From a plasmid: 64,000 bases of DNA. Shown piece after piece: positions 6,806 through 16,899 of the stretch. Each line of letters begins with the position of its first letter. Position 1 is the stretch's first letter. The notes beneath the pieces are model-generated. The model saw only the letters and a list, made by a program, of their open reading frames with translations, did not search any database and was not told where the DNA came from. Location of the stretch: sequence record NZ_CP082221.1. One strand, written 5' to 3'. Both the position numbers and the translations under genes were made by a program.

Positions 6806-8965
6806 ATGAAAGCAAAGAATAACTCAAAAGCAATCGAATTTACGAGAGGTTCTGAAATATGGATTCATCAATTTCGAATGTTTATTTCAAGCATGATGAA
6901 TGTCATAGTTTTTGGCCTGATGATTACGATTGGCATTGTATGTGCATTTCTATACATTAAATTAAAGGATGTTCATTTTCTTGCTTTAAGTGTGCAATAC
7001 GATATTTGGTTAAAGTCAGTATTTAATAATCCAGATGCGAGAGTAGCATTGAAGCTAAATGGTGTTGTACGTGATTACACTCTTGATCAAGCTCAGCACA
7101 TTATTAATCCCTATTTTAACCAATTAAAGTTTTATGTTTTTCGAGCATTTATTTTAGGTATTCTTTTAAGCTCATTTCTAGTCGGTGGTCTTATTTATTA
7201 CTGGTTTACTTATGGTAAGGAAGTAATGTCTGATGAACAAATTCGTGGTTCAGAACTAGTTTCTAATGACGCATTAATTTATAAAATCCAAAGTACGAAA
7301 GGATTCAGTCCATATAAAATTTCTAACATACCTATGGTAAAAAATACAGAAGGTACGAATGTTGGTATTTTTGGTGCTCCTGGTTCTGGTAAGTCTCAAA
7401 TTTTTAGAGATCATTTATCTCAGGTTAGAAGCAATAAAAGAAAAGCTATCGTTTATGATCCTTCAGGAGAATTCACTTCAGAATTTTATCGACCAGGTAT
7501 AGATATTATTCTAAATCCATTTGATGAACGTATGCCGTATTGGTCACCATTTTTTGAAATTCGTCATGATGAGCATTTCGATAGTATTGCTAATGCTTTT
7601 GTTCCAGTTGAGGGTAAAGATCCTTATTTTGGCGAAGCTGGTAGAACAGTATTAGCTGAAGTCATGCGTGAATTACATGCTAATGGTATACACTCAAATA
7701 AGACTCTCCATGACACAATTGCACATTTTACTATTGAAGAAATATCGTCTGTGCTTGAGGGAACGGCTGCTTCAAAGCATGTTGATAAAAAAGCTGAAAA
7801 GACGGCACTGGCTGTTCTTACAACAGTACAAAATAAATTAAGAGCATTTCGCTATTTACCAGATTCCGGTACACAGTTTTCTATACGTGATTGGGTAAGT
7901 CGGCCTGAAGAAGACTCATGGATTTTCCTTTCGCTTAGAGAAGAACAGAAAACTACTATTGAACCACTTATTACGTTGTGGTTTTCAATATTCATTAAAG
8001 CCGTAATGAACTTAGAACCAATACATCGTGAACTATTATGGATGTATTGTGATGAGTTCCCAACTCTACCAAAAATGGATGATTTACCTTTATCTCTTAC
8101 AAATACTCGTAAATTCGGTTTATGTCATTTTTTAGGACTACAAGATATTCCTCAACTTGAAGAAAAGTACGGAGAAAAAATTGCTCGTTCAATAATTTCA
8201 GCTTTACAAACGAAAGTGTTCTATCGAGTTAATGAAAATGAAACTGCGAAAAGAATGTCTGAAATTCTTGGACAGATGGAAGTTGCTGAAAAAAATATGT
8301 CTAGAAGTATGGGGGTTAATGATTCAAGAGACGGTGATAGTTTTATTACTCAAAGGAGAGAACGCTTTATTGTTTTACCATCTGAAATTATGAAGTTGCC
8401 AGATCTAACAGGATACTTAAGAGTTCCTGGTGATTATCCAGTTACGAAGATTACTCAGAAATATCATCCTCACTTAAAAAATGTTCCAGCATTTATAGAA
8501 CGAGAAAATATGGGTTTCATTTCTGCGTTTGCGGTTGCTGAAGCTTTAGAATCCCAATCGAATTCTGATGGAAAAGAGCCATTAGTAGAACAACAAAATG
8601 AAGAAGGCAATTTCTTTGGGAATTCTACTGAGCCACTTGTTGGAAATAGTAGTTTCTTTGGGAAATCTAATACAACCTCTGAAATTATTTATGAAAATTC
8701 ACCTTTAGATTTATTTCATTCTCAAACAGAAGATAGTGATTTATCACTTAATGAAAAAAACGGTATTCAACCAGATGAAATAATCCCGGACGAAGATGAA
8801 AAGCCTAAAGTTGTTAATAATGACAGACTACATACTTTTGCCAGCTATCTTGCCGCAACCGATGAATCAAGTGCTCAGAAAAATAATGACGTTACTCCTG
8901 ACACTAATTCAAGTAATGATTCTAATGAATCTAGTTTTAAAGACTTGTTCAATAACAATGATTAG
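6806..8965 (+). CDS. traD: type IV coupling protein TraD/TrwB
   Basis: N-terminal TM helices, Walker A GAPGSGKS, FtsK-like core, acidic disordered C-tail with FFG repeats. Confidence 0.9.
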   Translation: MKAKNNSKAIEFTRGSEIWIHQFRMFISSMMNVIVFGLMITIGIVCAFLYIKLKDVHFLALSVQYDIWLKSVFNNPDARVALKLNGVVRDYTLDQAQHIINPYFNQLKFYVFRAFILGILLSSFLVGGLIYYWFTYGKEVMSDEQIRGSELVSNDALIYKIQSTKGFSPYKISNIPMVKNTEGTNVGIFGAPGSGKSQIFRDHLSQVRSNKRKAIVYDPSGEFTSEFYRPGIDIILNPFDERMPYWSPFFEIRHDEHFDSIANAFVPVEGKDPYFGEAGRTVLAEVMRELHANGIHSNKTLHDTIAHFTIEEISSVLEGTAASKHVDKKAEKTALAVLTTVQNKLRAFRYLPDSGTQFSIRDWVSRPEEDSWIFLSLREEQKTTIEPLITLWFSIFIKAVMNLEPIHRELLWMYCDEFPTLPKMDDLPLSLTNTRKFGLCHFLGLQDIPQLEEKYGEKIARSIISALQTKVFYRVNENETAKRMSEILGQMEVAEKNMSRSMGVNDSRDGDSFITQRRERFIVLPSEIMKLPDLTGYLRVPGDYPVTKITQKYHPHLKNVPAFIERENMGFISAFAVAEALESQSNSDGKEPLVEQQNEEGNFFGNSTEPLVGNSSFFGKSNTTSEIIYENSPLDLFHSQTEDSDLSLNEKNGIQPDEIIPDEDEKPKVVNNDRLHTFASYLAATDESSAQKNNDVTPDTNSSNDSNESSFKDLFNNND

Positions 8966-8976
8966 GTAGGTAGATA

Positions 8977-11900
8977 ATGCTAAGTGTTAACAATGTAGTT
9001 GAATCTGGAAAGGCTTTGTCTTACTACCAATTAGATAATTATTATACTAATGAGCAACAATCATTGGATCAAACTGAATGGTATGGTCGTGGTGCTCAAG
9101 TATTAGGTATTAATGGTGAACAAATTGAGGCAAATACTTTTAAAGACTTGCTAGAAGGTAGAGTAGAAGATCAACAGTTGGGGCGAGTTAGGAAAGATGA
9201 AAATGGTCAAAGTTATATTGATCATAGAGCTGGTATAGATTTAACGTTTAGTGCTCCAAAATCTGTTTCGATAATGGCAGAGGTTTTTGAAAATCAAGAT
9301 GTGCTACAAGCACATCTTGATGCTGTTAAAGATACTATTTCCGCTATTGAAGATCATTACACGCAAACTAGAATCAGTGTTGATGGCACAATTCAAAAAT
9401 CAGAGAGTGATAATTTAGTTGTTGCTCTTTTTAATCACAATACTAGTAGAGCATTGGATCCGCAAACTCATACACATGCAGTTGTTATGAACATGACTTT
9501 AAATGATAAAGATTCATGGACGGCATTAAGTAACGAAGTAATTTATGATAATCAGGCAACCATAGGTTCGATATATAATTCTAATCTCGCTCAAAATTTA
9601 AGAGCTATAGGTCTTGATGTAGAGGTAAAAGATAATCAGGGCAATTTTGAAATTGCCGGCTTTACTCCAGAAATGATACAAGAGTTTTCTCAGCGAAGAA
9701 CTCAGATTATTGAAAGTTTAAAAAGTAGAGGAATTGATATTGAAGATGCACCTGCTAGTTTGAGAGAACAAGCAGCTTTAAAAACACGGGAAAGGAAACA
9801 GGCATTTAATGAGGCTGAATTACGTCAAGTTTGGAAGGAACGTGCAAGTGAACTTGGCATTACACAAAGTTTTGTAGATAAGCTAGAAGATAAAATTAAA
9901 ACGAATCAGATGAATGCGGATCCGCAACCTTCAGAAAAAAACCAAAAAGACATATGGAAAACCGGATCCTCAAAAAATGATCCGAATATATCATTTGAAG
10001 GGAAAACGGAAGTTTCTAGCGATAAATCTAATAACGCTGATAAAGAAGCACCAGATAAACGAATTGACAACTCTGAAACGCAAAATCCGAGCGATAGCGC
10101 CATATCAAATGAAAAAGCTAGTCAAGTATCAGGAAAATCCCAAAAAGAGCCAGAAACGCAAAATATGGGCCAAGAAGCGCATATTCAAGATGAAGTTAGA
10201 TTGGGTAAGAAACAAACTGAACCTAAAGCGAGTAACAATTCAAAAGACCAGACTGTACCTAGAGAACGACCTTATCAAAGAAAGAATCGTGAATCTCAAC
10301 AAGTACTCATAAGCCAAAAAACAAAAGAAGCCGTTTACTACGCTATAGGGCATCACACCGAAAGAGAAATGATGATACCTGAAACAAAGATACTAAATAC
10401 GGCTATGAAATTTGACATACAAGAAGTAACTCATGAACAAGTACGAGCTGAGTTAAATAGACTAGAAAAAGAAAAAATCATCGTCCGGGTAGATGGGAAG
10501 TTAACAACTCAGCGTTTGGCACATAGCGAAGTTTGGTCGTTACAACATATACAAAATGAACAAAAAAGCGTGAGTCCAATAGTGGATGAATCTCAAGTTA
10601 AAACAAGACTCGATCAAGAGGAACAGTTGAGAGGGAGGAAGTTTACACCCGGACAAAGAGCAAGTCTTGAAACAATATTTAGTTCTGAAAGTAGATATAT
10701 AGGCGTAGACGGTTTAGCTGGTACGGGTAAAACTACAATGCTGCATACTTTGAATAAAGTAGCCTCAGAAAACGGTTTTATTGTTAAAGGTATGGCCGCC
10801 ACTGGCGTAGCTGCTAAAAACTTAGAATTGGAAACTGGTATACCCTCAAAAACAATGGCCATGTTTCAGATTAAAGAAAATGAGCTTCAGAAAGAAATTG
10901 AAAAGAATGGGGGAGTAAACCGTAAAAATGAAATCTGGATAGTTGATGAATCTTCATTTGTAAGCCAGACAAACTTCAAAGACATTTTGACTTTGGCTAA
11001 GCAAGCTAATAGTCGTGTTGTTTTTTTAGGGGATAAATTGCAGCTTCAGTCAATTAGTGCAGGAAAACCATTTGAACTTGTACAAAATAGAGGTGTGCTA
11101 AAAACTTCACAAATGCATGACATTATCCGTCAAAAAAACCAGGAACTTAAAGACGTGGTTTCTGTTGTCGTTGCAAAAAACAAAGAAGGTAAAATTGATT
11201 TAAGTAACAACGATAAAGCTTTTGATTTACTTGATAAACAGCAAAGGATTCATGAAGTAGTTGTAGCTGCAAAGGGTACACAACCAGCTCTACATGAGCA
11301 GCATGACTTATTTCAGGAAATTCATGAAGTACATCAAAAATTAGTTGGTGATTATATGAGGCTTAATAAGGAATCAAGAGATAATAGCCTTATCATTACT
11401 CCCTTTAACTCAGATAGAGTAATGCTGAACTCACTTGTAAGAAGCGAAATGAAAAAACTAAATGAATTAGATCATAATGATCATAATTTTGAGATCTTAG
11501 TAAATACCAATTTCACTGAAGCGGAGCGTAAACATATTAATAATTATGAGCCTAATATGACGATACGTTTTGGGAAATCATTTACAGATAAAGACACAGG
11601 AATCAAAATTGAAAAAGGTGACTATCTAAAAGTAATGATGAAAGACAAAGAAGGTAAATTGGTATTAATTGATAAGGATAAAAATAAAATTAAATGGAAC
11701 CCTAAAAAAGGAAGTGTAGAAGTATATAAATCAGAACAAAGAAAGATAGCTAAGGGAGATGTAATAAGAATTACCCGGACAAAAGATGATGAACAGATCA
11801 AGAATGGTGAAAGATATAAAATCAAGGATATTCATGAAGATAAAGTAATAGTAGAAGGCCAGGATGGGAAAGAGAAAAGCCTATCAAGAAGTGGGTTTAA

Positions 11901-12252
11901 ACATTTTGATTACGGCTATAGTAGTACTGTTTATTCCTCTCAGGGCTTAACACAGGGTAATGTATTTTTGTTACTAAATAGCCAAAAATTAGCAAATGAT
12001 CTGAAAAGTGATAAGGCTGCCACCAAAGTTTTAGGTAATACATTTGGAACAAGATCATTTTATGTTGCTGTAACGAGGGAAGAGCATAATTTGCAGATTT
12101 ACACTGATAATAAACAAATGACACGAGAAGCAATTACGTTTAAACAAGATAAAACAAGTTATTTGGATACAGTTAAAGAAGTTGGTCAAAAAGTACCAGA
12201 ACATATCATCGAAAATGAAAAAATTGGTGTAACTAATGAGCTAGAAAGATAG
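8977..12252 (+). CDS. traI: MOBF relaxase-helicase (TrwC/TraI family)
   Basis: N-terminal relaxase with HTHAVVMN histidine triad; ~150-aa low-complexity linker; C-terminal helicase with Walker A GLAGTGKTT. Confidence 0.9.
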   Translation: MLSVNNVVESGKALSYYQLDNYYTNEQQSLDQTEWYGRGAQVLGINGEQIEANTFKDLLEGRVEDQQLGRVRKDENGQSYIDHRAGIDLTFSAPKSVSIMAEVFENQDVLQAHLDAVKDTISAIEDHYTQTRISVDGTIQKSESDNLVVALFNHNTSRALDPQTHTHAVVMNMTLNDKDSWTALSNEVIYDNQATIGSIYNSNLAQNLRAIGLDVEVKDNQGNFEIAGFTPEMIQEFSQRRTQIIESLKSRGIDIEDAPASLREQAALKTRERKQAFNEAELRQVWKERASELGITQSFVDKLEDKIKTNQMNADPQPSEKNQKDIWKTGSSKNDPNISFEGKTEVSSDKSNNADKEAPDKRIDNSETQNPSDSAISNEKASQVSGKSQKEPETQNMGQEAHIQDEVRLGKKQTEPKASNNSKDQTVPRERPYQRKNRESQQVLISQKTKEAVYYAIGHHTEREMMIPETKILNTAMKFDIQEVTHEQVRAELNRLEKEKIIVRVDGKLTTQRLAHSEVWSLQHIQNEQKSVSPIVDESQVKTRLDQEEQLRGRKFTPGQRASLETIFSSESRYIGVDGLAGTGKTTMLHTLNKVASENGFIVKGMAATGVAAKNLELETGIPSKTMAMFQIKENELQKEIEKNGGVNRKNEIWIVDESSFVSQTNFKDILTLAKQANSRVVFLGDKLQLQSISAGKPFELVQNRGVLKTSQMHDIIRQKNQELKDVVSVVVAKNKEGKIDLSNNDKAFDLLDKQQRIHEVVVAAKGTQPALHEQHDLFQEIHEVHQKLVGDYMRLNKESRDNSLIITPFNSDRVMLNSLVRSEMKKLNELDHNDHNFEILVNTNFTEAERKHINNYEPNMTIRFGKSFTDKDTGIKIEKGDYLKVMMKDKEGKLVLIDKDKNKIKWNPKKGSVEVYKSEQRKIAKGDVIRITRTKDDEQIKNGERYKIKDIHEDKVIVEGQDGKEKSLSRSGFKHFDYGYSSTVYSSQGLTQGNVFLLLNSQKLANDLKSDKAATKVLGNTFGTRSFYVAVTREEHNLQIYTDNKQMTREAITFKQDKTSYLDTVKEVGQKVPEHIIENEKIGVTNELER
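9913..9928. repeat. palindrome family member inside traI
   Basis: atgcggatccgcaacc; encodes NADPQ in the traI linker. Confidence 0.8.
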
Positions 12253-12342
12253 GAACAGAGTATTATGAAATTGTGGTATATGGTTTATAAATGCTATATT
12301 AAATTAAGCCTAATGTAGTTATCGGTAAAGGTAAAGGGGATA

Positions 12343-12768
12343 ATGGTGGTAACGAGTAATGCAGTAATGCACAATGTTTCAAAACGTGTGTATGATGAAA
12401 GAGAACCATTTCAGGTCCTACTAAGCCCAACTTTGAAAATGATATTAGGTAACTATCAAAAGTTGAAAAAATTACCCTTTAATTACGTGCTTGGAAAGAT
12501 CTTAGAGGATACAGTAAATAATGAGAAAATTACTGCTGAAGTTAGAAAATTACAACCAGCTTATAAGATGATTAAAGGCTCAAGAACTGTAATAAGAATT
12601 GAAGTAGAAATAGCTAAAAGAATCCGGGAAACAGCAGTACAGAAAAAGGGTGAAACACTATCGAGTTTTACTAATGCTGCGGTCTATTACTTCTTAAAGA
12701 ATGGTGATTTTGAAACATTGCCAGAGCTTAAACAAAGCATTGATGAAATAGAGAATATTGAACTTTAA
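12343..12768 (+). CDS. hypothetical protein with C-terminal RHH-like DNA-binding motif
   Basis: GSRTVIRIEVEIAKRIRETAVQKKGETLSSFTNAAVYYFL resembles Arc/MetJ RHH; terminator follows. Confidence 0.4.
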   Translation: MVVTSNAVMHNVSKRVYDEREPFQVLLSPTLKMILGNYQKLKKLPFNYVLGKILEDTVNNEKITAEVRKLQPAYKMIKGSRTVIRIEVEIAKRIRETAVQKKGETLSSFTNAAVYYFLKNGDFETLPELKQSIDEIENIEL

Positions 12769-12794
12769 AAAAAGCCCATAAGGGCTTTTTATTT
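12767..12794. terminator. rho-independent terminator
   Basis: aaaaaagcccataagggctttttattt. Confidence 0.65.
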
Positions 12795-12821
12795 ATTTCG
12801 GAAAGCTTACATAAAGAAAAA

Positions 12822-13150
12822 TTAAATTTTCCATAAATGCGAGGCTTCTTGGTCTACTTTGTCAATATCTAAATGGAATTGCCACTCACCATACAATTGA
12901 CGCCAGCAACAATAATTAAGAAAGCTATCATCGCGCTTAATCATCCATTCAGCCCATTGAACTTCAAGAATATCGAAAGAATAAGAGCCAAATGCAGAAC
13001 CTATAGCTAAATCGCCCCAATGTGCTATCTCAGGATAAAGATATCTAAGAGTTGTAATGTCCTTTCGATCATCATCATTCCACTCACCGGGATCAGAGCC
13101 GTGGCCTGGTGTCACAAAAGTTTCAGGGTTAAAAATAAAATTAGGCATAT
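12822..13150 (-). CDS. hypothetical protein
   Basis: ORF; likely start MPNFIF with SD ggag 7 nt upstream. Confidence 0.35.
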
Positions 13151-13185
13151 TAAATCTCCAAGCAATCAATTATTTGAAAGGAAAA

Positions 13186-13812
13186 TTAGAATAATCCCTT
13201 AACAAAATTGAGAACGAGCATACCTAAAGTTAATGAAGCGATACTGAAGACAAAATTGAAAATCCCTTTCTTTTTGTCATCAACAACAATTGCATTATCA
13301 GCAGAACTATCGGTAATACTAATAAAAGAATACTCTCTGAAATACTTAAAAGTGTAAGGAGTTAGAATGAAATCAATCATTAAAACTAAACAAAAAGTAC
13401 CAAAAGCACTTTTAGTATTTTCAGAAGAAAAACTTAAATTAGAGAAGGAATAAGAAAAAAATAGGATAAGAAATATAAAAATAAGATTTATAATGATTAC
13501 CCCTAGCTCTTTAAAAGGAAACTGATTAAGACCTTTGGAATATTTTAATAAACCAAAAAGATAAAAACTTTTTCCAAAAGACTGAGCGTTAAGGTAGCAT
13601 AAGAAAAAGATTAAAACTTCTGGCTTGGGGATAAAATTTATATAATAAGCTAAAACAGCAAAGAAAATAAAAACCAAATTTAAAATAAAAGGTTGTACTG
13701 CTCCAAATAAAGTTAAAAAAACTTTAGAGGTCGAATCAAGTTTAGTGTTCATAGATAAATCCTTGTTAAATAGAGAAATAGAATTTAGGGCTTTAAAGCA
13801 AAAACAAAGCAA
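13186..13812 (-). CDS. polytopic membrane protein, hypothetical
   Basis: 208 aa, about 5 hydrophobic helices. Confidence 0.45.
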   Translation of the reverse strand: MLCFCFKALNSISLFNKDLSMNTKLDSTSKVFLTLFGAVQPFILNLVFIFFAVLAYYINFIPKPEVLIFFLCYLNAQSFGKSFYLFGLLKYSKGLNQFPFKELGVIIINLIFIFLILFFSYSFSNLSFSSENTKSAFGTFCLVLMIDFILTPYTFKYFREYSFISITDSSADNAIVVDDKKKGIFNFVFSIASLTLGMLVLNFVKGLF

Positions 13813-13967
13813 TTTGTATTAAGGATAAGTCCAGTGAAAATAAATGCTTGACCAATACCAATATGTCGTCCTTTTCTTATGATAAGGATTCCAAGAATTA
13901 TAATCGCATTGGCGGCAATACATAAAACAGTTGTAAGTTCATTAAATCTAAGATGCATATAATTCAC
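13785..13967 (-). CDS. small membrane protein
   Basis: 60 aa, 2 TM; hairpin-SD module (revcomp gagctgaagagcttaagg) upstream on minus strand. Confidence 0.4.
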   Translation of the reverse strand: MNYMHLRFNELTTVLCIAANAIIILGILIIRKGRHIGIGQAFIFTGLILNTNCFVFALKP

Positions 13968-13995
13968 CTTAAGCTCTTCAGCTCGTATGTTGAAA

Positions 13996-14274
13996 CTATC
14001 CGTATTTTCTTTTTACAACAGAATTGTAAAAATTAATGAGGATATGGATTAAAGAAAAAATTGTAAATAGAATTAAAAATATGATACTTGCTATTTTATT
14101 AATAGAAAGTGTGGTTGTAAAAAAAACTAATGAAGCTTTAATTCCTATTCCACACATTAAACTTAAACCAATTAAAGAAGTATCAAATTCTTCAAAGTCA
14201 TCCTTAAAAAGAAAACTCAGTGATTGCAACAATAAAAAACTTGAAAGATATAGAGTAAGTGTAAAACTATCCAT
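13996..14274 (-). CDS. small membrane protein
   Basis: 92 aa hydrophobic. Confidence 0.35.
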   Translation of the reverse strand: MDSFTLTLYLSSFLLLQSLSFLFKDDFEEFDTSLIGLSLMCGIGIKASLVFFTTTLSINKIASIIFLILFTIFSLIHILINFYNSVVKRKYG

Positions 14275-14288
14275 TGTAATAACCTTCT

Positions 14289-14750
14289 TTATTTACAAGA
14301 GTTTTTAATGGCAAATGATTTAATTACTTCTGATCTTTCGTTGTATTTTTTTGCGAGTGATCCATATTCTGATAGTGTATAACTTCCTTTTACAAATACA
14401 GAATTCAGGATTGGATCATTTACAGTTCTAACTGTTGGTAAAGCAATATCTAAAGCCTGTTGATATGGTTTCATAGCATTATTCAAATGATATGGAAATG
14501 ATAAAAAGCCTATAGTAGTTCCTATAAAAAGAGATAAGGCAATTATATTAATATTTAAGTTTACAAATTTAAAAGTTAGCAATTTTAGTGCTATCAAACT
14601 AATGACTATCGACAATATCATATAACTAGCACAATTCATTGCTACATTAATAGATGTTGGATTCAAAAATGAAGTGTCTGTATTAGGAAGCGTAATAAGA
14701 CAATTGTTAATTAAGTCTAGTGGTTGCAATAATTCCATGTTTAACTCCAT
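14289..14750 (-). CDS. membrane protein, hypothetical
   Basis: 153 aa, TM segments; module revcomp gagctgaaaagcttatggag upstream. Confidence 0.45.
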   Translation of the reverse strand: MELNMELLQPLDLINNCLITLPNTDTSFLNPTSINVAMNCASYMILSIVISLIALKLLTFKFVNLNINIIALSLFIGTTIGFLSFPYHLNNAMKPYQQALDIALPTVRTVNDPILNSVFVKGSYTLSEYGSLAKKYNERSEVIKSFAIKNSCK

Positions 14751-14963
14751 AAGCTTTTCAGCTCTAAAATTTTGGTATTGGTTAATTAATTTGTAATATT
14801 GAAGGCGGAAAATTGGATTGAATTAACATAAATGATAATGCTAACACCGCTGCAAGACATGGTGTCACATGATTATTAAATCTATGGATAAATAATATAT
14901 GCCAGCCCATTAAAATTGAAATTCCTGTTAAATAGAATAATGGACCAATTTATTAACCCTCTC

Positions 14964-15161
14964 TTACTGATTAAATTTAATTGAAAAACCAATGCCATTT
15001 ATACTCAGAAATAGACCGATAATTAAAGTCATATGGCCTACATTTTGAACCCATAAATCATTTTGATACTTTTTAGATTTGTACCAATACAAACCTACCA
15101 AAATAAATAGTACACCTAATGCTGTAATAATTAGCGTAATTAAACTAAATTTAAACCCCAT
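14964..15161 (-). CDS. small membrane protein
   Basis: 65 aa, 2 TM; module variant gagctcaatagcttaagg upstream. Confidence 0.4.
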   Translation of the reverse strand: MGFKFSLITLIITALGVLFILVGLYWYKSKKYQNDLWVQNVGHMTLIIGLFLSINGIGFSIKFNQ

Positions 15162-15303
15162 AGTATATCTCCTTAAGCTATTGAGCTCATTCTTTAAAAA
15201 TCTAGGTTAAGTATCTACAAAATTCAAGAAAAAGTAAATGTAATAATACCGAATTGTATTATTTATTTGATTCAATAACATCTCTTGAACCATTTTTAAT
15301 CTG

Positions 15304-15963
15304 TTACTCCTTTTTATCATTAGTGATATTGTTAGCTTCACCGATACGTTCTCTTGCTTCTAAGATCTTTGATTCCTGTATCGTCTCAAATTCCATATCT
15401 TTGAATCTTTTATAAAAATGTTCTATGAATAAAAATTCATAGTCAAAATAGGATATATACCCTCTTTCTTTCATGATCTTTTCGATTGGTTTTTTTAAAG
15501 GGAGATTATAATTATCTTTCAGATACAATACCTTTTTATACATATCTTCATTGATTTCCTTTTCAATGAGAGCTGAACATCGCTCATAATCTGAAAGTAA
15601 TACTAAGTTAATATACATTGGTCTAGATAATTTAAATTCTTTTTCTTTTGAAGAATAAAAAACTTTTCTTAAAATTATTTCTGTTATTTTTTTATTTAAA
15701 TAGTAATTAATAATGATCGATACAAGTCCGCTAATTGCTATCATAAATGCAGTATCAACATTATTAGATTTTTCATGACTAACTAAACCAACTAACCATA
15801 GGGAACCACCGATTAAAGCAATTATGGATAAAAATATGGCTATAATTGAGAAAGTATCCCATTTTTTCATGAGTCCTAGTTTGGATTTCTTAAGCAGATC
15901 GTCTTTTTGATAAACATCGAATATATCGATTACATCATGCATGTAGATATTTTCATGGATCAT
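15304..15963 (-). CDS. membrane-anchored hypothetical protein
   Basis: 219 aa; 2 TM then soluble domain; module gagctgaaaagcttatggag upstream. Confidence 0.45.
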   Translation of the reverse strand: MIHENIYMHDVIDIFDVYQKDDLLKKSKLGLMKKWDTFSIIAIFLSIIALIGGSLWLVGLVSHEKSNNVDTAFMIAISGLVSIIINYYLNKKITEIILRKVFYSSKEKEFKLSRPMYINLVLLSDYERCSALIEKEINEDMYKKVLYLKDNYNLPLKKPIEKIMKERGYISYFDYEFLFIEHFYKRFKDMEFETIQESKILEARERIGEANNITNDKKE

Positions 15964-16219
15964 TTTTTGTACTCCATAAGCTTTTCAGCTCATTCATAAA
16001 GTTTTATGATGTTATATTGAATCAATATAATTTAATATGTATATTTGGTCAATATAACTCAGCAAGGTTGGCTAGGCCATTTTAGATGCTTAAAATTCTA
16101 TTTTAACCATATATAATTCTGAGGTCTTTTTAACTATACCCAAAAAAGCCATATTGATAGTAAATATGGCAATTATAGTTACCCATGATATTTGTTTATA
16201 AATGTAGGAGTCTGATCTG

Positions 16220-16858
16220 TTGAATAACGTAGCTCGTATTTACATGCGTGTCAGTACAGAGAAACAAGATCTTGAGCGACAAGAGAAGGTGATAAATGAT
16301 GCGCGAAATGCTGGTTATTATATTGCAGCAGTCTATAGGGAAAAAGCTTCAGGTATTACACCTGATCGTCCAGAACTTAATAGGATGATACATGACCTTC
16401 AAGCCGGTGAAGTAGTTATTGCAGAGCGAATTGACCGTATTAGTAGATTACCATTACCTGAAGCCGAGAAGTTAATTGTTGCAATTAAAGAAAAAGGTGC
16501 AAAACTTTCAATACCCGGTGTAATTGATTTATCTGAATTTTCAAAAGATGCTAGTGGAATTTCTAAAATTGTATTAGATCAAGTACAAGACATGTTGCTA
16601 AAAATTGCATTGCAAATGGCACATGAAGATTATTTGTTAATTAAAAAAAGAAGGGAAGAGGGAATTGAACTTCGAAAAAATAAAGGTCTTTACAATGGTA
16701 GAAAAGCTGACAAAAAACTTCACGATAAAATTGTAGAGTTAAGAAAGCAGAATATTAGTATTTCAAAAACGGCATTAATAGCAAATTGTAGTGTTTCTTT
16801 AGTTAAGCTAGTTTGGAAGAGATATAGCGAATCAAATTCATCTCAAGCTTTAAAGTAA
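16220..16858 (+). CDS. serine recombinase (resolvase/invertase family)
   Basis: IYMRVSTEKQDLERQ catalytic Ser motif, C-terminal HTH; AT-rich palindromes upstream (16010-16200) as candidate res site. Confidence 0.8.
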   Translation: MNNVARIYMRVSTEKQDLERQEKVINDARNAGYYIAAVYREKASGITPDRPELNRMIHDLQAGEVVIAERIDRISRLPLPEAEKLIVAIKEKGAKLSIPGVIDLSEFSKDASGISKIVLDQVQDMLLKIALQMAHEDYLLIKKRREEGIELRKNKGLYNGRKADKKLHDKIVELRKQNISISKTALIANCSVSLVKLVWKRYSESNSSQALK

Positions 16859-16860
16859 TT

Positions 16861-16882
16861 GTTGTTGCGGATCCGCAACAAC
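16861..16882. repeat. palindrome family member (22-bp perfect)
   Basis: gttgttgcggatccgcaacaac between convergent resolvase and membrane ORF. Confidence 0.85.
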
Positions 16883-16899
16883 AATTGTTTGAGACTTTT

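Noticed and set aside
9906-10312. ORFs 9906-10103 (-) and 9914-10312 (+) inside traI
   Set aside because: They lie entirely within the low-complexity linker of the long, well-supported traI frame. They are antisense or alternate-frame artefacts of K/E/S-rich codon repetition.
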